Below, piece after piece: positions 42,929 to 58,346 of a stretch of DNA of 64,000 nucleotides. Source of the stretch: the human T2T-CHM13v2.0 reference genome, Homo sapiens; NCBI RefSeq assembly GCF_009914755.1, contig NC_060941.1, one strand, 5' to 3'. The translations under genes were made by a program, and so were the position numbers. Every line of letters starts with the position of its first letter. The stretch's first letter is position 1. The notes under the pieces are model-generated. The model saw only the letters and a program-made list of their open reading frames with translations. It searched no databases and had not been told where the DNA came from.

Positions 42929-43253
42929 TAGTAGAGACGGGGTTTCTCCATGTTGGTCAGGCTGGTCTCGAACTGCCGACCTCAGGTGATCTGCCCGCCT
43001 CAACCTCCCAAAGTGCTGGGATTACAGGCATGAGCCACCACGCTAGGCCTATTTGCTTTTCTTTCATTTTACTCTGTGTCCCTTAAGAAGATGTCATTTA
43101 GTTTTTGCATATTGCTTTTAAAAATTTAAATAGGCTGGGTGGAGTGACTCAAGCCTGTAACCCCAACACTTTGGGAGGCCAAGGTGGGAGGATCGCTTGA
43201 GCCTAGGAGTTTTGAGACCAGACTGGGCAACATGGTGAGATCCTGTCTCTTCA

Positions 43254-43409
<156 letters not shown>

Positions 43410-44079
43410 TCAAAAAAAATTAAAATTATACAAATGAATCATAATATGTATTCATTTTAGGGCATTTTTATGACTTGCATGAGTAATCTTTTCAGAATTA
43501 GATCAGAATTCATTTCTAATTTCCTTTGCTTTTATTCATCTTTAATAAATACTGAGTAGCTGTTCTGTGCCAGGTATTCTAGGATTTGAATAGCAGCAAG
43601 TAAGGCAAAAGTCCTTGCTCTTCTGGAGCTTAATGCTTAGAGAGATATTTTTCAAGCTTTGAAATTGTATGCATTCTCACTCATCTTTCCTTATAATTTT
43701 CTATTTTTTTCCTTTTATTTCTAAACAGTTTTAACTTTTTAGTATATCTGGTATTTTGGTGTGAAGCTGGTGACTGTTTTCTTGCAGATAGTAATCAATC
43801 TATATGTACTAATTAGTACATACTTGGGTTTCTTTTGGGGTTTTCCATTCTGATGTATTTACCTGATGAGTTTTATAACAGTATACATTCTTTGAATTAT
43901 ATATTTGAGTTATATGGTAGGACAGTTGACACATGCTTCCTTTGTAAAATTCCTTCCCACATTTCACTGTTTTCACATGAATTTTAGAATTATTTTGTCA
44001 AGTTCGTAAAGTGCCTTCAGACTGAATTATCAGATATGCATTATATTTATAAATTAGTTTGGGGAGATTGCCATCTGAA

Positions 44080-44600
44080 TAAGTTAGCATATCTTTGACT
44101 GCAAAGAGCAGAAATTTCAGCTAAATTAGGTTTAACAGTAAGGACATTTATGTCAAGTAACTGGCAGTTCAGCAATAGGGAGCAGGCTGTTGAGTTAGTT
44201 GACAGTGTGATTCACTGAAATCATAAAGGAACAGGCTCTTTCCATCCTTCCTCACTCATGTATTGGCTTTTTCCCCATGCTCCCCTGGTGGTTGAAACGT
44301 GAAACTATAACAATTCCCAGGAATCTCATCCAGAAATGACAGTGTCCAGAGGAAAAGGAGACTTCTTTGATGTTTCTCATAGGATCAAGGTAATCTTTCC
44401 TAGAAGTCTCCAAGTAGATTTGTCCTTACTTCTCATTGGTTAGAATTGGGTTACATGCCATTTCTAACCCAGTCCTTGGCAAGAAAAATGGATTATCATG
44501 ATTGGCTAAAATACATCAGTCTCCTTTCCTGAGGATGTGAGTCATGTGAGAAAAGAACGGATACTGGGACAAAGCAGCTGCTCTGCTAGCAAAGGAAGAT
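44080..44600 (-). mobile_element. Old MLT1-type LTR remnant
   Basis: caggctctttccatcctt, tctcattggttagaattgggttacatgcc motifs; approximate. Confidence 0.5.
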
Positions 44601-44784
44601 CTTTGTAATAGTGAGCCGTCTCACTGAGGAACATTCTATAGCTCCTGCTTATAGTTTTCTTCATATAGATGACAGCTATTTATTAAATTTGATTCTAACT
44701 GACTCCTTGACTGAACTCTTTGCTTTTCAGTTGATATTCACACTAATTCCAGATTTATAATCATACATTCCGGAAATCATGATA

Positions 44785-44982
44785 CAGGTTGAGCATCCCC
44801 CAGAACCGAAGCTTTCTGAGTGCCAACATGATGCATAAAGAAAGTACGCATTGGAGCATTTGGATTTGGGTTTTTGGTTTTGGGATGCTGGCAGTATCCA
44901 AAGGAAATATTCCAAACTCAAAAAATCTGAAATCTGAAACACTTTTGGTCCTAAACATTTCAGATAAGGAATACTTAACCTG
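44785..44982. mobile_element. Tigger4/MER46-like MITE
   Basis: TA|CAGGTTGAGCATCCC ... GGAATACTTAACCTG|TA. Confidence 0.75.
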
Positions 44983-45839
44983 TAATTGTTTCCTTCCAGA
45001 GAGTTATACTACTGTCTCCCTTCCCCACCCTTTATAAAATTAGTTCATTGGCTGTACCTTCAGAACATCAAGCAATAGTAGTAATAGGAAACTTAGTCTT
45101 ATATCCAATTTGGTACCAAGATATATGAATAGATTTATTACTATTATATATCTAGAGCGGACCAGGCTTGCTTGTAGGTTAATTGCTTAGTACCTGTGTA
45201 GTGCTGGATAATATTTAATGCTGATATGTAACTTGCGTTTCTTATGAGATCCACAGTAAATTTCTTATTGTATTGTTTGTACTATTATGTTTGTATTATT
45301 TGTTATCGCAGGATTGTTATTAATGTGATAAAATGAATTGGGATGCTTTCTGTATTTTCTATTCTGAAATAAGTGTGGGATATTGCATTGGAATGGTCTG
45401 TTCCTTGAAAGTTGCAGAGTCTGTGATGCCAGATGGACCAGAACTCCTGAGTTAATTCTCCGGCAGCTTTTTTTTTCCTTCTTGATTACTCATGTATTTC
45501 TTCCATTTTCTTAATTTCAATATAGGACAGTGCTAAAAACATAAACATTAATAAATATCTATTGAATAAATGAACGTATGGGTGAACAAATTTTATAACT
45601 ATTAATTTCCTAGAAGAAACTTTAAGGAATTATATTTTTAAAGCATATTTTACACTACTCTTACGTATCTGAGATCCTCTTCCTTTTCTAGATCCTAATT
45701 TTATGGATTTCCTTTTAAATTAGTAAAAAGATGTTTCCCATTGATTCCTTCCTCCTCCTTTCCTTGAAAGTTTTTATTTTCATATATTAAATAAAACATT
45801 TCTAGAAAGTTATTTTTGATGACATAATATTTGGTTCCA

Positions 45840-46030
45840 TGAGTGCTTAAAGTCTGGAGCCTGAGTTCAGATTCTGGTTCTGCCACTTACTAGCAGTGGA
45901 CAAGTTATTTAACTTCTCTGTTCTCAGCTTCCTTATCAATAAAATGAAAATAATAATAGAACTTACCTCATAGAGTTACAAGAATTAAATACTCCAGGAC
46001 TATGACCAGTACTCATTAGGCACTATTATA
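45840..46030 (+). mobile_element. MIR
   Basis: MIR core tctgccacttactagc..ggacaagttatttaacttctctgttctcagcttccttatc..taaaatg. Confidence 0.75.
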
Positions 46031-46149
46031 TAAGAGTTTGTGGAATGTGATATATTTACTAATCTTATTTATTATATGATTTGGCACCTATATTTTACTA
46101 TTATCAATTTATGAAGGACCTTCCTGGCCATTTTATTTATAGTTTCTCC

Positions 46150-47124
<975 letters not shown>

Positions 47125-47145
47125 TGAACTCCTGACCTCAGGTGA

Positions 47146-47310
<165 letters not shown>

Positions 47311-47425
47311 TGATTCCTTTTTCCCTATTTAAGGTATTTGTTACGAATTCTAGTTTTATATTATCTACTATATCTTACCCTTAACTTTTCTGAGTCATTT
47401 TCAGTGTATCTTTTATAGAAGGCTA

Positions 47426-47971
<546 letters not shown>

Positions 47972-48743
47972 TCAAACAACAAAACAAAACAAATTAGTAT
48001 TGAAAGGGATAATTGGTCTAATTATTGCATTTTAAAAAGTGCTTTCCATTTTTGTTAATTCCTTTGTTTTCAGTTCCTCTTACAGGAACTTTTCCCTCTC
48101 TGATCTGTATTTGTATTTTGTAGGGAAGGTATATGTATATATGATTTTCAGTTGTATAAGGAGTAACCTAAACATTTCTTAAAGACAGTTGACTCAGAGG
48201 AAAAAAAATTTTTTTCAGTTTCTTCTCTAAAATGAGATGAGTACATTTTAACATTATCCTTCTTTCCCTTTTCCTCACTTGTTTTTTCTCTGTGATCTGG
48301 AATTTTAGACTTAGTGGAATTTATTGCAGAGGAGAATTCTAAAGCCTGCATATTTGCCTTGTTTTTTAAATAGTCTATTTTCTCCTGCTCAGATGCTTTG
48401 CTGGACTCAGAAGTTAAATGAGCATAAGGTTAGGGAGTTGTCTGTTTATGAAGCTTGCTTAGTCCCTGGTGAACCTTCATTTTTAGCATCCAGTTCTCTG
48501 GAGCTTCTGTAGTCTATTCTGGCTCAATGCTTCTGTCCCACATGCTCTGGCCTCTTACCCTGGAATGTCATTTACCTGTATGTTGACCTCTCTTCTCTAT
48601 CCTTCACATTATCCCCTCTTCCATCAGTTTTCTCATGTATATTTTGGGAGTTTCTTCAGTTGATATTCCACATTACCAATTTATTATTAAGAAAAGTCAG
48701 TTCTGTGCTTTTCTTTTGATTTGTTTTTTGTTTTTTGAGATAG

Positions 48744-48938
<195 letters not shown>

Positions 48939-49343
48939 TGAACTTCTGAGCTAAAGCAATCTACCTGCCTTGACCTCCCAAAATGCTGGCATTACAGGCA
49001 TGAGGCATCACGCCTGGCTTCCCTCTGATGTAATTTTTTAAAATTAGATTTCAAACAAAAGTAAAGTTTTGAGGACTTACCAAATATCTGTGTACTTTCA
49101 GCCTTGGCCAGATTTCAATATTTTACCATATTTGCTTTAGAATTTTTTTTGGATATTTAAATCCCTGTATACCCTTCCCTCCCTGCCTAGGGGTAGCTAC
49201 TATCCTGAGTTTGGTTTTGTTTGCCTACTTATTGCACTTGTATATATCAATAAACAATATATTGCTGGGTACAGTGGCTCACACCTGTAATCCCAGCACT
49301 TTGAGAAGCCGGGACAGGTGGATCACCTGAGGTTAGGAGTTCA

Positions 49344-49640
<297 letters not shown>

Positions 49641-52600
49641 TCACTCAATATTATGTTGATGAGATTTATTGGGCTGCTATTTAAAGCAGTTTTCTTAGCA
49701 CAGAGGCCCTGTTTGCTTGCCAAACTGCATGTCTGCTGGGTTGCGTCTGTCTTTAAAGGGTGACTTCCTCTAATTAATCCACTGGGGTGAGGGGTAAGTT
49801 GAACCTGTTTTTTCTGTTCACAAGTGTGGATACAAGCTAAAGGTGGCCCTGTGTGGTTCCCTCACTACAACCATGGTATAGTAGTCCATTGTAGAAATAT
49901 ACCACAGTTCTATTGATGGACCTGTTGGGTTATTCTATATGTTTTGCTGTTAAAAGTCATACTTCACTGAACATTCTTGGACTTGCATCTTTGTGCACAC
50001 CTGGAATATTACATAAAAGTGGAGTTGCCAGGGTGCATATACCAAATTGCTTAACAGGCTGGGTGTAGTGGCTCACACCTGTAATCCCAGCATTTTGGGA
50101 GGCTGAGGCAGGCAGATCATTTGAGGTCAGGAGTTGGAGACCAGCCTGGCCAATATGGTGAAACCCCATCTCTACTTAAAAAAAAAAAAAAAAAAGCCAG
50201 GCATGCTGGTGGGTACCTGTAATCCCAACTACTTGGGAGGCTGAGGCATGCGAATCGCTTAAACCCAGGAAGGCAGAGGTTGTAATGAGCTGAGATCAAG
50301 CCACTGCAAGACTTTGTCTCAAAAACAACAACAAAAACCAAATTGCTGATCAAAGTGGTTTTACCAGTTTACATTTTGACTAGCAGTATATTAGTGTTCA
50401 TGATGTTCTCTGTATATCTTTGTTATCAGATTTTTTTGATAATCTGCTGGGTTTGAAAAGGAATTTCATTGTGGCTTCACTATGTGTTTCTGATTACTGT
50501 ATTTATCGGTTATTCAGATTACCTGCTCTGAAAATTATTTCTTCATATCTTTTGCTTATATTTTTGAGGGGTTGTCTTTTTCTTAACGATTCGTAAGAGT
50601 TCCTTACGTATTCGATCATTTTGTATTTTTGTGGGTTACGTATCTCTTTGTAGCTTGTCTTTTCACATTAGGGCATTTGATGTAGATTAAAAATTTGTAT
50701 ATTAACAGAATCTTGATATTTATCTTCATAGTTTGTGCTTCTTATGTCTTGATTTGTAATGACATCTCTATATTGGGTTTTCATAGATTCATGGGGTGCT
50801 AATGTTTAAATCTGTAATTATAACTATTTTTAGTTTCATTATAATTTTTCCCTATTTAATTCAGTACTTTATTTCCCCTACTACCCCCCACCCCCCAAGA
50901 GACAAGGTCTTCCTTTGTTGGCCAGGCTGAAGTGAGTGCAGTGACACGATCACAGCTCACTGCAACCTTAAACTCCTGATATCAAGTGATCCTCCCACCT
51001 CAGCCTCCAGAAGAATTAGGAGTACAGGCACGTGCCACCATGTCTGGCTTATATATATTTTTGGGGGGTGGTGGGGGAGAGTAGAGATGAGGTTTCGCTA
51101 TGTTGTCCAGGCTGGTCTCGACCTCTTGGGCTGAAGTGGTCCTCCTGCCTCAGCCTCCCAAAGTACAGGATTGCAGGTGTGAGCCACCACGCCTAGCCCT
51201 TTTATAATTCCTTCTATTTGTTCATTCATTCAACAATTCAGTCAGAAATACTGAGTGCCCATTACACACTAGATATGCTGCTAGGTGCTGAGATACAGAT
51301 ATAAATAAAAGAAAGTTGGCTGGGCGCAGTGGCTCACGCCTGTAATCCCAGCACTTTGGGAGGCCAAGGCGGGCGGATCATGAGGTCAGGAGTTCAAGAC
51401 CAGCCTGGCAAATATTGTGAAACCCCGTCTCTAATAAAAATACAAAAAAAATTTAGCTGGGCGTGGTGGCGCACCTGTAGTCCCAGCTACTCGGGAGGCT
51501 GAGGCAGAAGAATCACTTGAACTCAGGAGGCGGAGGTTGCAGTGAGCTGAGATTTTGCAACTGCACTGCAGCCTGGGCGACAGAGTGAGACTTCGTCTCA
51601 AAAAAGAAAAAACAAAAAAACAAAGTCACCGCCTCATGGAGCTACATTTCTGGTGGGGGAAAGACGCATAGTAAGCACTACCCAGTAAGTTGGTGTGTCC
51701 AAAGTGCTATGTAGATATTTATGAAGGAATATGTATACCAGGAATATGTTGGGGCAGTATGGTGTCTTATAGAGGGGGTAGGGAAGGCCTTGTTAGTATG
51801 AAACCTGGTGAATGGGAGAGAATAGGCCAAGTGGCTATTTGTGAGGGAAAAAAATTACAGACAAAGGGCAATTACAGGTACAAGACTCTGAGGTGGTGTA
51901 TGCTGCTTGACTTACTGGAAGTAAGGAGTTAGAATTACTGGAGTTGTCTGATTTTCTAAAATTTTGGGGGATGAGGCCTGCTTTTTTACTGTCTGCTGAT
52001 TCTCATTTATGATGAATTGTCATGTTTACTAATCTTGGATTATACATTCATCTTCAGCAAGGTTTTAGCTATAAGTGAGATTCCAGAATAGTTTTGTGTC
52101 TTCCAGGCACTCAGCTCCTGGCCGAAGTGGATGCTACAAATTTAGACATCAAATTTACAGGGTAGTCATTTTTCTCCTCTTTAGATTCCAGACTTGGCCA
52201 TTCAAGGCTCCTTGTTGTCTCCCTGTGCCTGTGGTCGGGGGGTTAAGGGGAGTGTAGGCTGGAGTGGTGCAATTTTTTTCACATACATGCTTTTCCTGGG
52301 GTTGTGGTCCTAATGGTAATCATCCTGGTTTATGCATTGGCTTCAGATCTCATTTTGTTTAGTACACATCAACAGCTTTAATTCCTGGATTACAGAGACA
52401 ACTCAAGCTACAACAAAAACCGGGCTTCTGCTGTGTCAACTCACAGACTCTCCACTTTGGGTTTTAGCTTACTCCTAATTTGTGGCTCTTGGGAGCTCAG
52501 CTGTGCAGGGAAAGGATGTGTGTTATAGTTTATCTAAGGTTTCCAGGTGTTTGAAGCAGATGGGTTTCATCTATAGTGTTACGTTAGATTCTGCTTTATT

Positions 52601-53596
52601 CCCTCCACTAAAACCATTAACACTCATCAGAAAGTGCTAATCAGTTGATTAACAAGAGATTTAGTTTAGCAGAAATTTCAGGATATTCTTGGAATTTGGG
52701 CAACAAATATCTCTAGTTTCAAAGACCCTTGTAGACTTTCCTATATTGCTATTGATGGTGAGGGGGTAGGGGAGTGTTAGAGGCCTATGCTCAAGTTTTC
52801 CTAAATTAGAGATGCTCTTTTGCTATTGTTACAAATGCATATAATTGCTCCAGTACTTTATCAAATTCCCTTTAGTCTATATTTATGTAAACCTAGTTTG
52901 ATATACTGAACCATTCTTTTATTCCTGGAATAAATGCTGTTTGGTCATCTTAATACATCTGATTATTCCATTTGGTAATATTTTGAGTAAAAAATTCTAT
53001 AGTGAATCCTGTTTGCTTCATGGACTGAGTATAGTAGCGTATCTTTTTCTGTGACTAGAAGTTATTTATGAAAGAGAATCATTTATGTTTGAAGAAGTAA
53101 ATATGCCTCAGTTTCAAATGGTCCTTTAAGGGCTCTGTATAAACGATTCCAATATATTTCTCAGTTGTTATTAAAGTACTTGATTTTTTTCTTGTCTAAC
53201 TTTTAGCAATTTTTATATTAATATTTCAAAGAACCATGTTTAAGTAAATTACTAGCAAAGGAACTCTTTGGGGGAACTTTATGAAATTTTCTCTTGGCAG
53301 TTGCTAAAAGTTTTCTTACGTTTTCTAAAAGTTCAGTAATAGTACATTTATCTTTAGAAAAGTTTGCTTTTCAGAAAGTGTTTCCATTTTTCTTGTGGTC
53401 AGAATGTGCTGTGAATTTTAAATGTATTTTTAAGATATTATAGCTAAATTGTACCTCACTGTTTTCTCTAAAAAGTTTTACTGCTTTTGCTTCCACTCCA
53501 CTATTCAGTGATAACAAGGGTAACAAGTTTCCACTAGAATTGCTTGTCACTTTATTCTTGTACTTTTGTTTTACTACTGAACATCTTTTTAAATCG

Positions 53597-54028
53597 TTGC
53601 CACAAAATATCTCGCTTTTATCATTTTCACATTGCTCTAGTATATCAACTTTGGAAACAAGACATCATTCTATTTATAGCATTCTGTTTTTAGTAGTGGT
53701 ATTTCCATTTACAAAATACAGTAATTCTTGATCGCTGAAGACGTCAAATCCTAGAAAACATAGCATGCCTACGCGTGATGTTAACATCATTCTCGAATAG
53801 TTGTTGGTTGAAGATTCATTTGATGAATCCGATTTTTCAGAAATAGACGAGTCTGATGATACAGACGATTCTGGTGTTAGTTCTCTGTAGAAATAACTCC
53901 AAGAACACTTTTAATAGTTTATTTTCACATTGAAAATCAGATTTGCTCCAGCCTCAAAGAGTATATTTATGTAAAATTAGGTAAGCGATATAGAAGCAAG
54001 CTGCACTTTTTTTCTAAATGGGAAGGTA
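53597..54028 (+). mobile_element. MER75 piggyBac-family non-autonomous element, 5' end missing
   Basis: Matches my recall of the MER75 consensus; ends CTAAATGGGAAGGTA followed by TTAA; contains a degenerate piggyBac transposase N-terminus at 53741-53890. Confidence 0.85.
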
Positions 54029-54469
54029 TTAAAAAAGAAAAGTCTCATTTTAGTAACATAGTCTTCCTTAAACTCTATGCCACTTGTAAGATTTCTGAAA
54101 ACTGAAGACATAGAAGGGAACGGGCTTGATATGAACGACAGCTTTGCTGGTAAATAAACCCAACTGAACCTAAGATTATCTAAGGTAACCTCTTTTTCTA
54201 GTCTTTTATTGTGTGAACAGTTACCTCCTGCTGAGTTGTTGGCAGAATTTCCATATAATCTTGCTTATGACCATTTCTACATTATTTGTATCATCTTTTA
54301 GAAGTCTTACCCAGGTTGATATAGGTTACCGTTCTCTAGATCTGTGTCTCCAATTCTTCTTACATGGCATTAGGTATTTTAAGCTTGTTTTTTTTCAGAC
54401 ATCGTATAGTCAATTCTTGAATGTGTTGAGAGGTGCTATGTCATTGTAAGCTTTATTCTTCTTCTCTGA

Positions 54470-54816
<347 letters not shown>

Positions 54817-55228
54817 TTTACATTGAATTCTTTAAATTCAGCTTGTGACTTTGCACTTCAGGATTCTGAGTGTTCTCTGTCTTCTTCCTGCATTGTTTTT
54901 CTTATACCATACAGGTTTTTCATTGGCCTTGACTTTTTGTTGTTAACTCATTCTTCTTTGGGTTTATTTTCATTTGTTTCTGCTGAATATTATTTGTTTC
55001 AAACTAAAAATAACATTCCACATTTTAATTGATGTGCGGACTCTTAATCTACTTAAAATGTGGGCTGAAGTTCCATGATTCCAGCTAGTCTGGAATAGGT
55101 CATTTAACTGGATGTTAATTCACCTACATTGTTCCCTAAGTGACATGTGGGTCCCATTCTGCTGACATATTTGTGGGTCCTGGTAACAACCATTTGGGTA
55201 GATTTGCTGATTCCTCTTTTCTCCTTAG

Positions 55229-55383
55229 TGGAAGAGAAAGCCAATACCCACCTCCTCTTGGGCATGTGCTTAGACGCCTGTGCTCGCTACCTTCTGTTCT
55301 CCAAGCAGCCGTCACAGGCACAAAGGATGTATGAAAAAGCTCTGCAGATTTCTGAAGAAATACAAGGAGAAAGACACCCACAG
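55229..55383 (+). CDS. TTC19: TTC19 exon 8
   Basis: ctccttAG|(V)EEKANTHLLLGMCLDACARYLLFSKQPSQAQRMYEKALQISEEIQGERHPQ|GTAAGG; 155 nt. Confidence 0.96.
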
Positions 55384-56751
55384 GTAAGGGAGGAAAACAC
55401 AGAAGGGGGAATATAAAACAAAGGCTTCAAAATTGAAGGGTGTGAAATGTCACACTCATTGGTAACAGGATCAGCAGATGGTCCTAGATCCTCCTTGGTC
55501 CCCAGTCTACTCATTTTCTTATCACCAGCACCCTCACCCCAACTACTTGTTTCAGAAAGGATTTGAGACTAGTTATCAGTTACTAGGTCTGCCCAGAACT
55601 TTTTGCATGATCCATGGTTTGCACAACAGAGCAACCTTTCTACAGAGCAGGACTGGTCAGGCTTCAATGGACACAGCACAGTATTTCAGAGTGGGGTCTC
55701 TAGATACCCCTATTAGAAGCTTATGAGGAACGGTTTAATACACAAATATCCTTGCCTCCCTTGCCCCACAGTTAAAATGGCAAGAGGTGAGGGAAGGGCA
55801 AGGGACCACATTAAAAACACTTAAACCATTGGCATATTATAGAATTTAAGTATAACGTGTAAAGCTCTGTGTTAGAACATTAAACACATTGAATTGAAAT
55901 CATCTCTTTGGGTCTCCCCTCCATCCGAGTAAGTTCTTAGATGTAAGGAGTGCATTGCTTTGTCTATGAATGCTTGCTACTGCCAATATAAGACATAACA
56001 ATTTTAACTGAATGTGTCCCAAGGCTGGGGTACATGGGTAGGGTGAGTAATATGTTTTGGAAGAAAAGGGAGGTTGAGCTATGAATTATCTCCATGAAAG
56101 GGATTTATAACTTATTATGAAGAGTCCCTTAATGGAGTGAGGAATAATAAACAAGCAAGTACAGAATTCAGATCTCCAAGTACTAGAGTCAGGGGGCTTA
56201 AAGCATGGCATCAGTGGGGAAGTAGGTATGGAAGTCTACCTCTTCCATACTGAAATTCCATTTCAGTAGCCAAATTAAAAAAACTCCTACTGGGCATCTT
56301 CCTAAAATAGATGGTGTATTTCTTGTTTTTGATGAGCCTCAGGGTTATCAGCAGGAACAACATAATACAGTGGGGCTCCAGAGGCAATCAAACCATAGGA
56401 GGCTGGCTTCTCAAAGTTGCTCAGCCTTAAAGGAGATAATATGTGTAGCTTCTTGCTGTTGTTTTTCATTTGGTGCTTCTAACTGGGTAATTAGTTGGAT
56501 TAATAAGCACTGTCTGTTACCTAATTTCCAGATTTGTATTATTTCCCAAAAGGTCGAACTAACATTGTCCACTGTACAATGTGATTATGATTAACAAATG
56601 CCCACAAATTTGTTAAAGAATGGTATCCCTCATCTTTTGTGGAATGCTAGGAAAGATGAAATCTTATGTATTCAGAGTTGGATGCACTCCACATTAAAGT
56701 TCTGTGAAGGCATGTTTTTAAAGAAAAAATTGTTTTTTCTTTTACATACAG

Positions 56752-56914
56752 ACCATTGTGCTGATGAGTGACCTGGCTACTACCCTGGATGCACAGGGCC
56801 GCTTTGATGAGGCCTATATTTATATGCAAAGGGCATCAGATCTGGCAAGACAGATAAATCATCCTGAGCTACACATGGTACTCAGTAATCTAGCTGCAGT
56901 TTTGATGCACAGAG
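56752..56914 (+). CDS. TTC19: TTC19 exon 9
   Basis: catacAG|TIVLMSDLATTLDAQGRFDEAYIYMQRASDLARQINHPELHMVLSNLAAVLMHR|GTAGGT; 163 nt; TPR-like helices. Confidence 0.96.
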
Positions 56915-57585
56915 GTAGGTAGCAATGTAAACTTAACTGACTTGCTTTAAGGGAGGGATGTCACTGGATTGATAGATTTGTGAAGTGGTATGTAGGGAGG
57001 GCAAGGGCCAACGAATAAACATGTAAATTAAAAGACTGGTTGAATGGCAGAAAAAGGAGGTATTGATTAGGTTGAAGTACTATTGTGTTCAATTCACGTA
57101 ACTTCTACAGACCTGCACTAGCCTGTCGAACCCCATCAAGCTGGAGAAAACCTTGCAATGATAGTACCTTACGTCAGTAGTGCTTTACAGATTTCTAAAT
57201 GTGTTCAGTTACAATGTGTTTCTCACAGTGTGCTGGTGAAGCTTTATGACAGGAAGTATCATTTTGTCAGACATTTCTTAGTGTCAGCACACTATACCGA
57301 TCATTTTCAGAAACCTGGGATGACAGGTGTATTACACATACCACCATTCATGAAATCTTGGGCTCATCAAAGTCCTCAGGATATACTGGAAAGGGCCGTT
57401 AGGAATCCCACAGCATTCAGTGGAGTTCCAGCCTGTCAGATGGGGATGAAATGAGGCAGCACCAGCTTGTCGCTTCATAAGCACACAGTAAATTAGCCCT
57501 ATATCTGCATTCATGCTCTCTCTTCAGAATCACCTTGAAAACATACACTTTCTTCTTACTGTCCCTTCTCTCTGGGTTATTTTAG

Positions 57586-57734
57586 AACGATATACACAAG
57601 CAAAAGAGATCTACCAGGAAGCACTGAAGCAAGCAAAGCTGAAAAAAGATGAAATTTCTGTACAACACATCAGGGAAGAGTTGGCTGAGCTGTCAAAGAA
57701 AAGTAGACCTTTGACAAATTCTGTCAAGCTCTAA
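57586..57734 (+). CDS. TTC19: TTC19 exon 10 (last coding exon)
   Basis: ttttAG|(E)RYTQAKEIYQEALKQAKLKKDEISVQHIREELAELSKKSRPLTNSVKL*; 149 nt. The ten exons total 1143 nt = 380 aa plus stop. Confidence 0.96.
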
Positions 57735-58340
57735 ATCCATTTTTGTGTAGGGAGAATAATGTCTAGTAATGTGGAAGAATAGCTATCATTCCTGTCTCTG
57801 TGGCACCCGATCAATGGCTTAAATCTGTCGTTTTTGATATTCAGGTTTCCTCAATTTAGCCTTAGTGAAGGAGGGGTTGTACACACTGCCATTTTTGTAT
57901 TTTAAAGGAAAAATGACTTTCATTCCCAACTGATTATGACCTTTCAGGATGTCGTCAAGTGATGCTTTCAGTTGTAACACGTGACTTGGTGCTGTCCCTG
58001 CTGGTCTAAGTAGAACTGTAGATTCATATGGGCTGGTGTTCCTGTGCGCTGTGGGTGTGGTGATTCAGCCTGGCATTTCTACCATAAGTTTTTGGTCTGC
58101 TGATTTGCTGCCCTGTCTTCTCTTACTTTACTTTATCAATACCTGGCAAACTGACCAGAATTACCTTCCTCATGGCAAAGGGGGATTATGGTGAATTGTT
58201 GTTCTTATAGTCTGTTTCATGAAGCACAAGTGGAATTTAATACATAAAAGAGAAAAATATCTTAGTTTGCTACCAGCATCCAGCATGAAGTTGTAAAGTG
58301 GGGATTAGGCACGTGACAGTATAGCACCCATTTGAATTTA

Positions 58341-58346
58341 AATAAA
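58341..58346 (+). terminator. TTC19: TTC19 candidate proximal poly(A) signal (others at 58975-58980 AATAAA and 59597-59602 ATTAAA)
   Basis: Hexamers read directly downstream of the stop codon; usage is not demonstrable from sequence alone. Confidence 0.6.
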
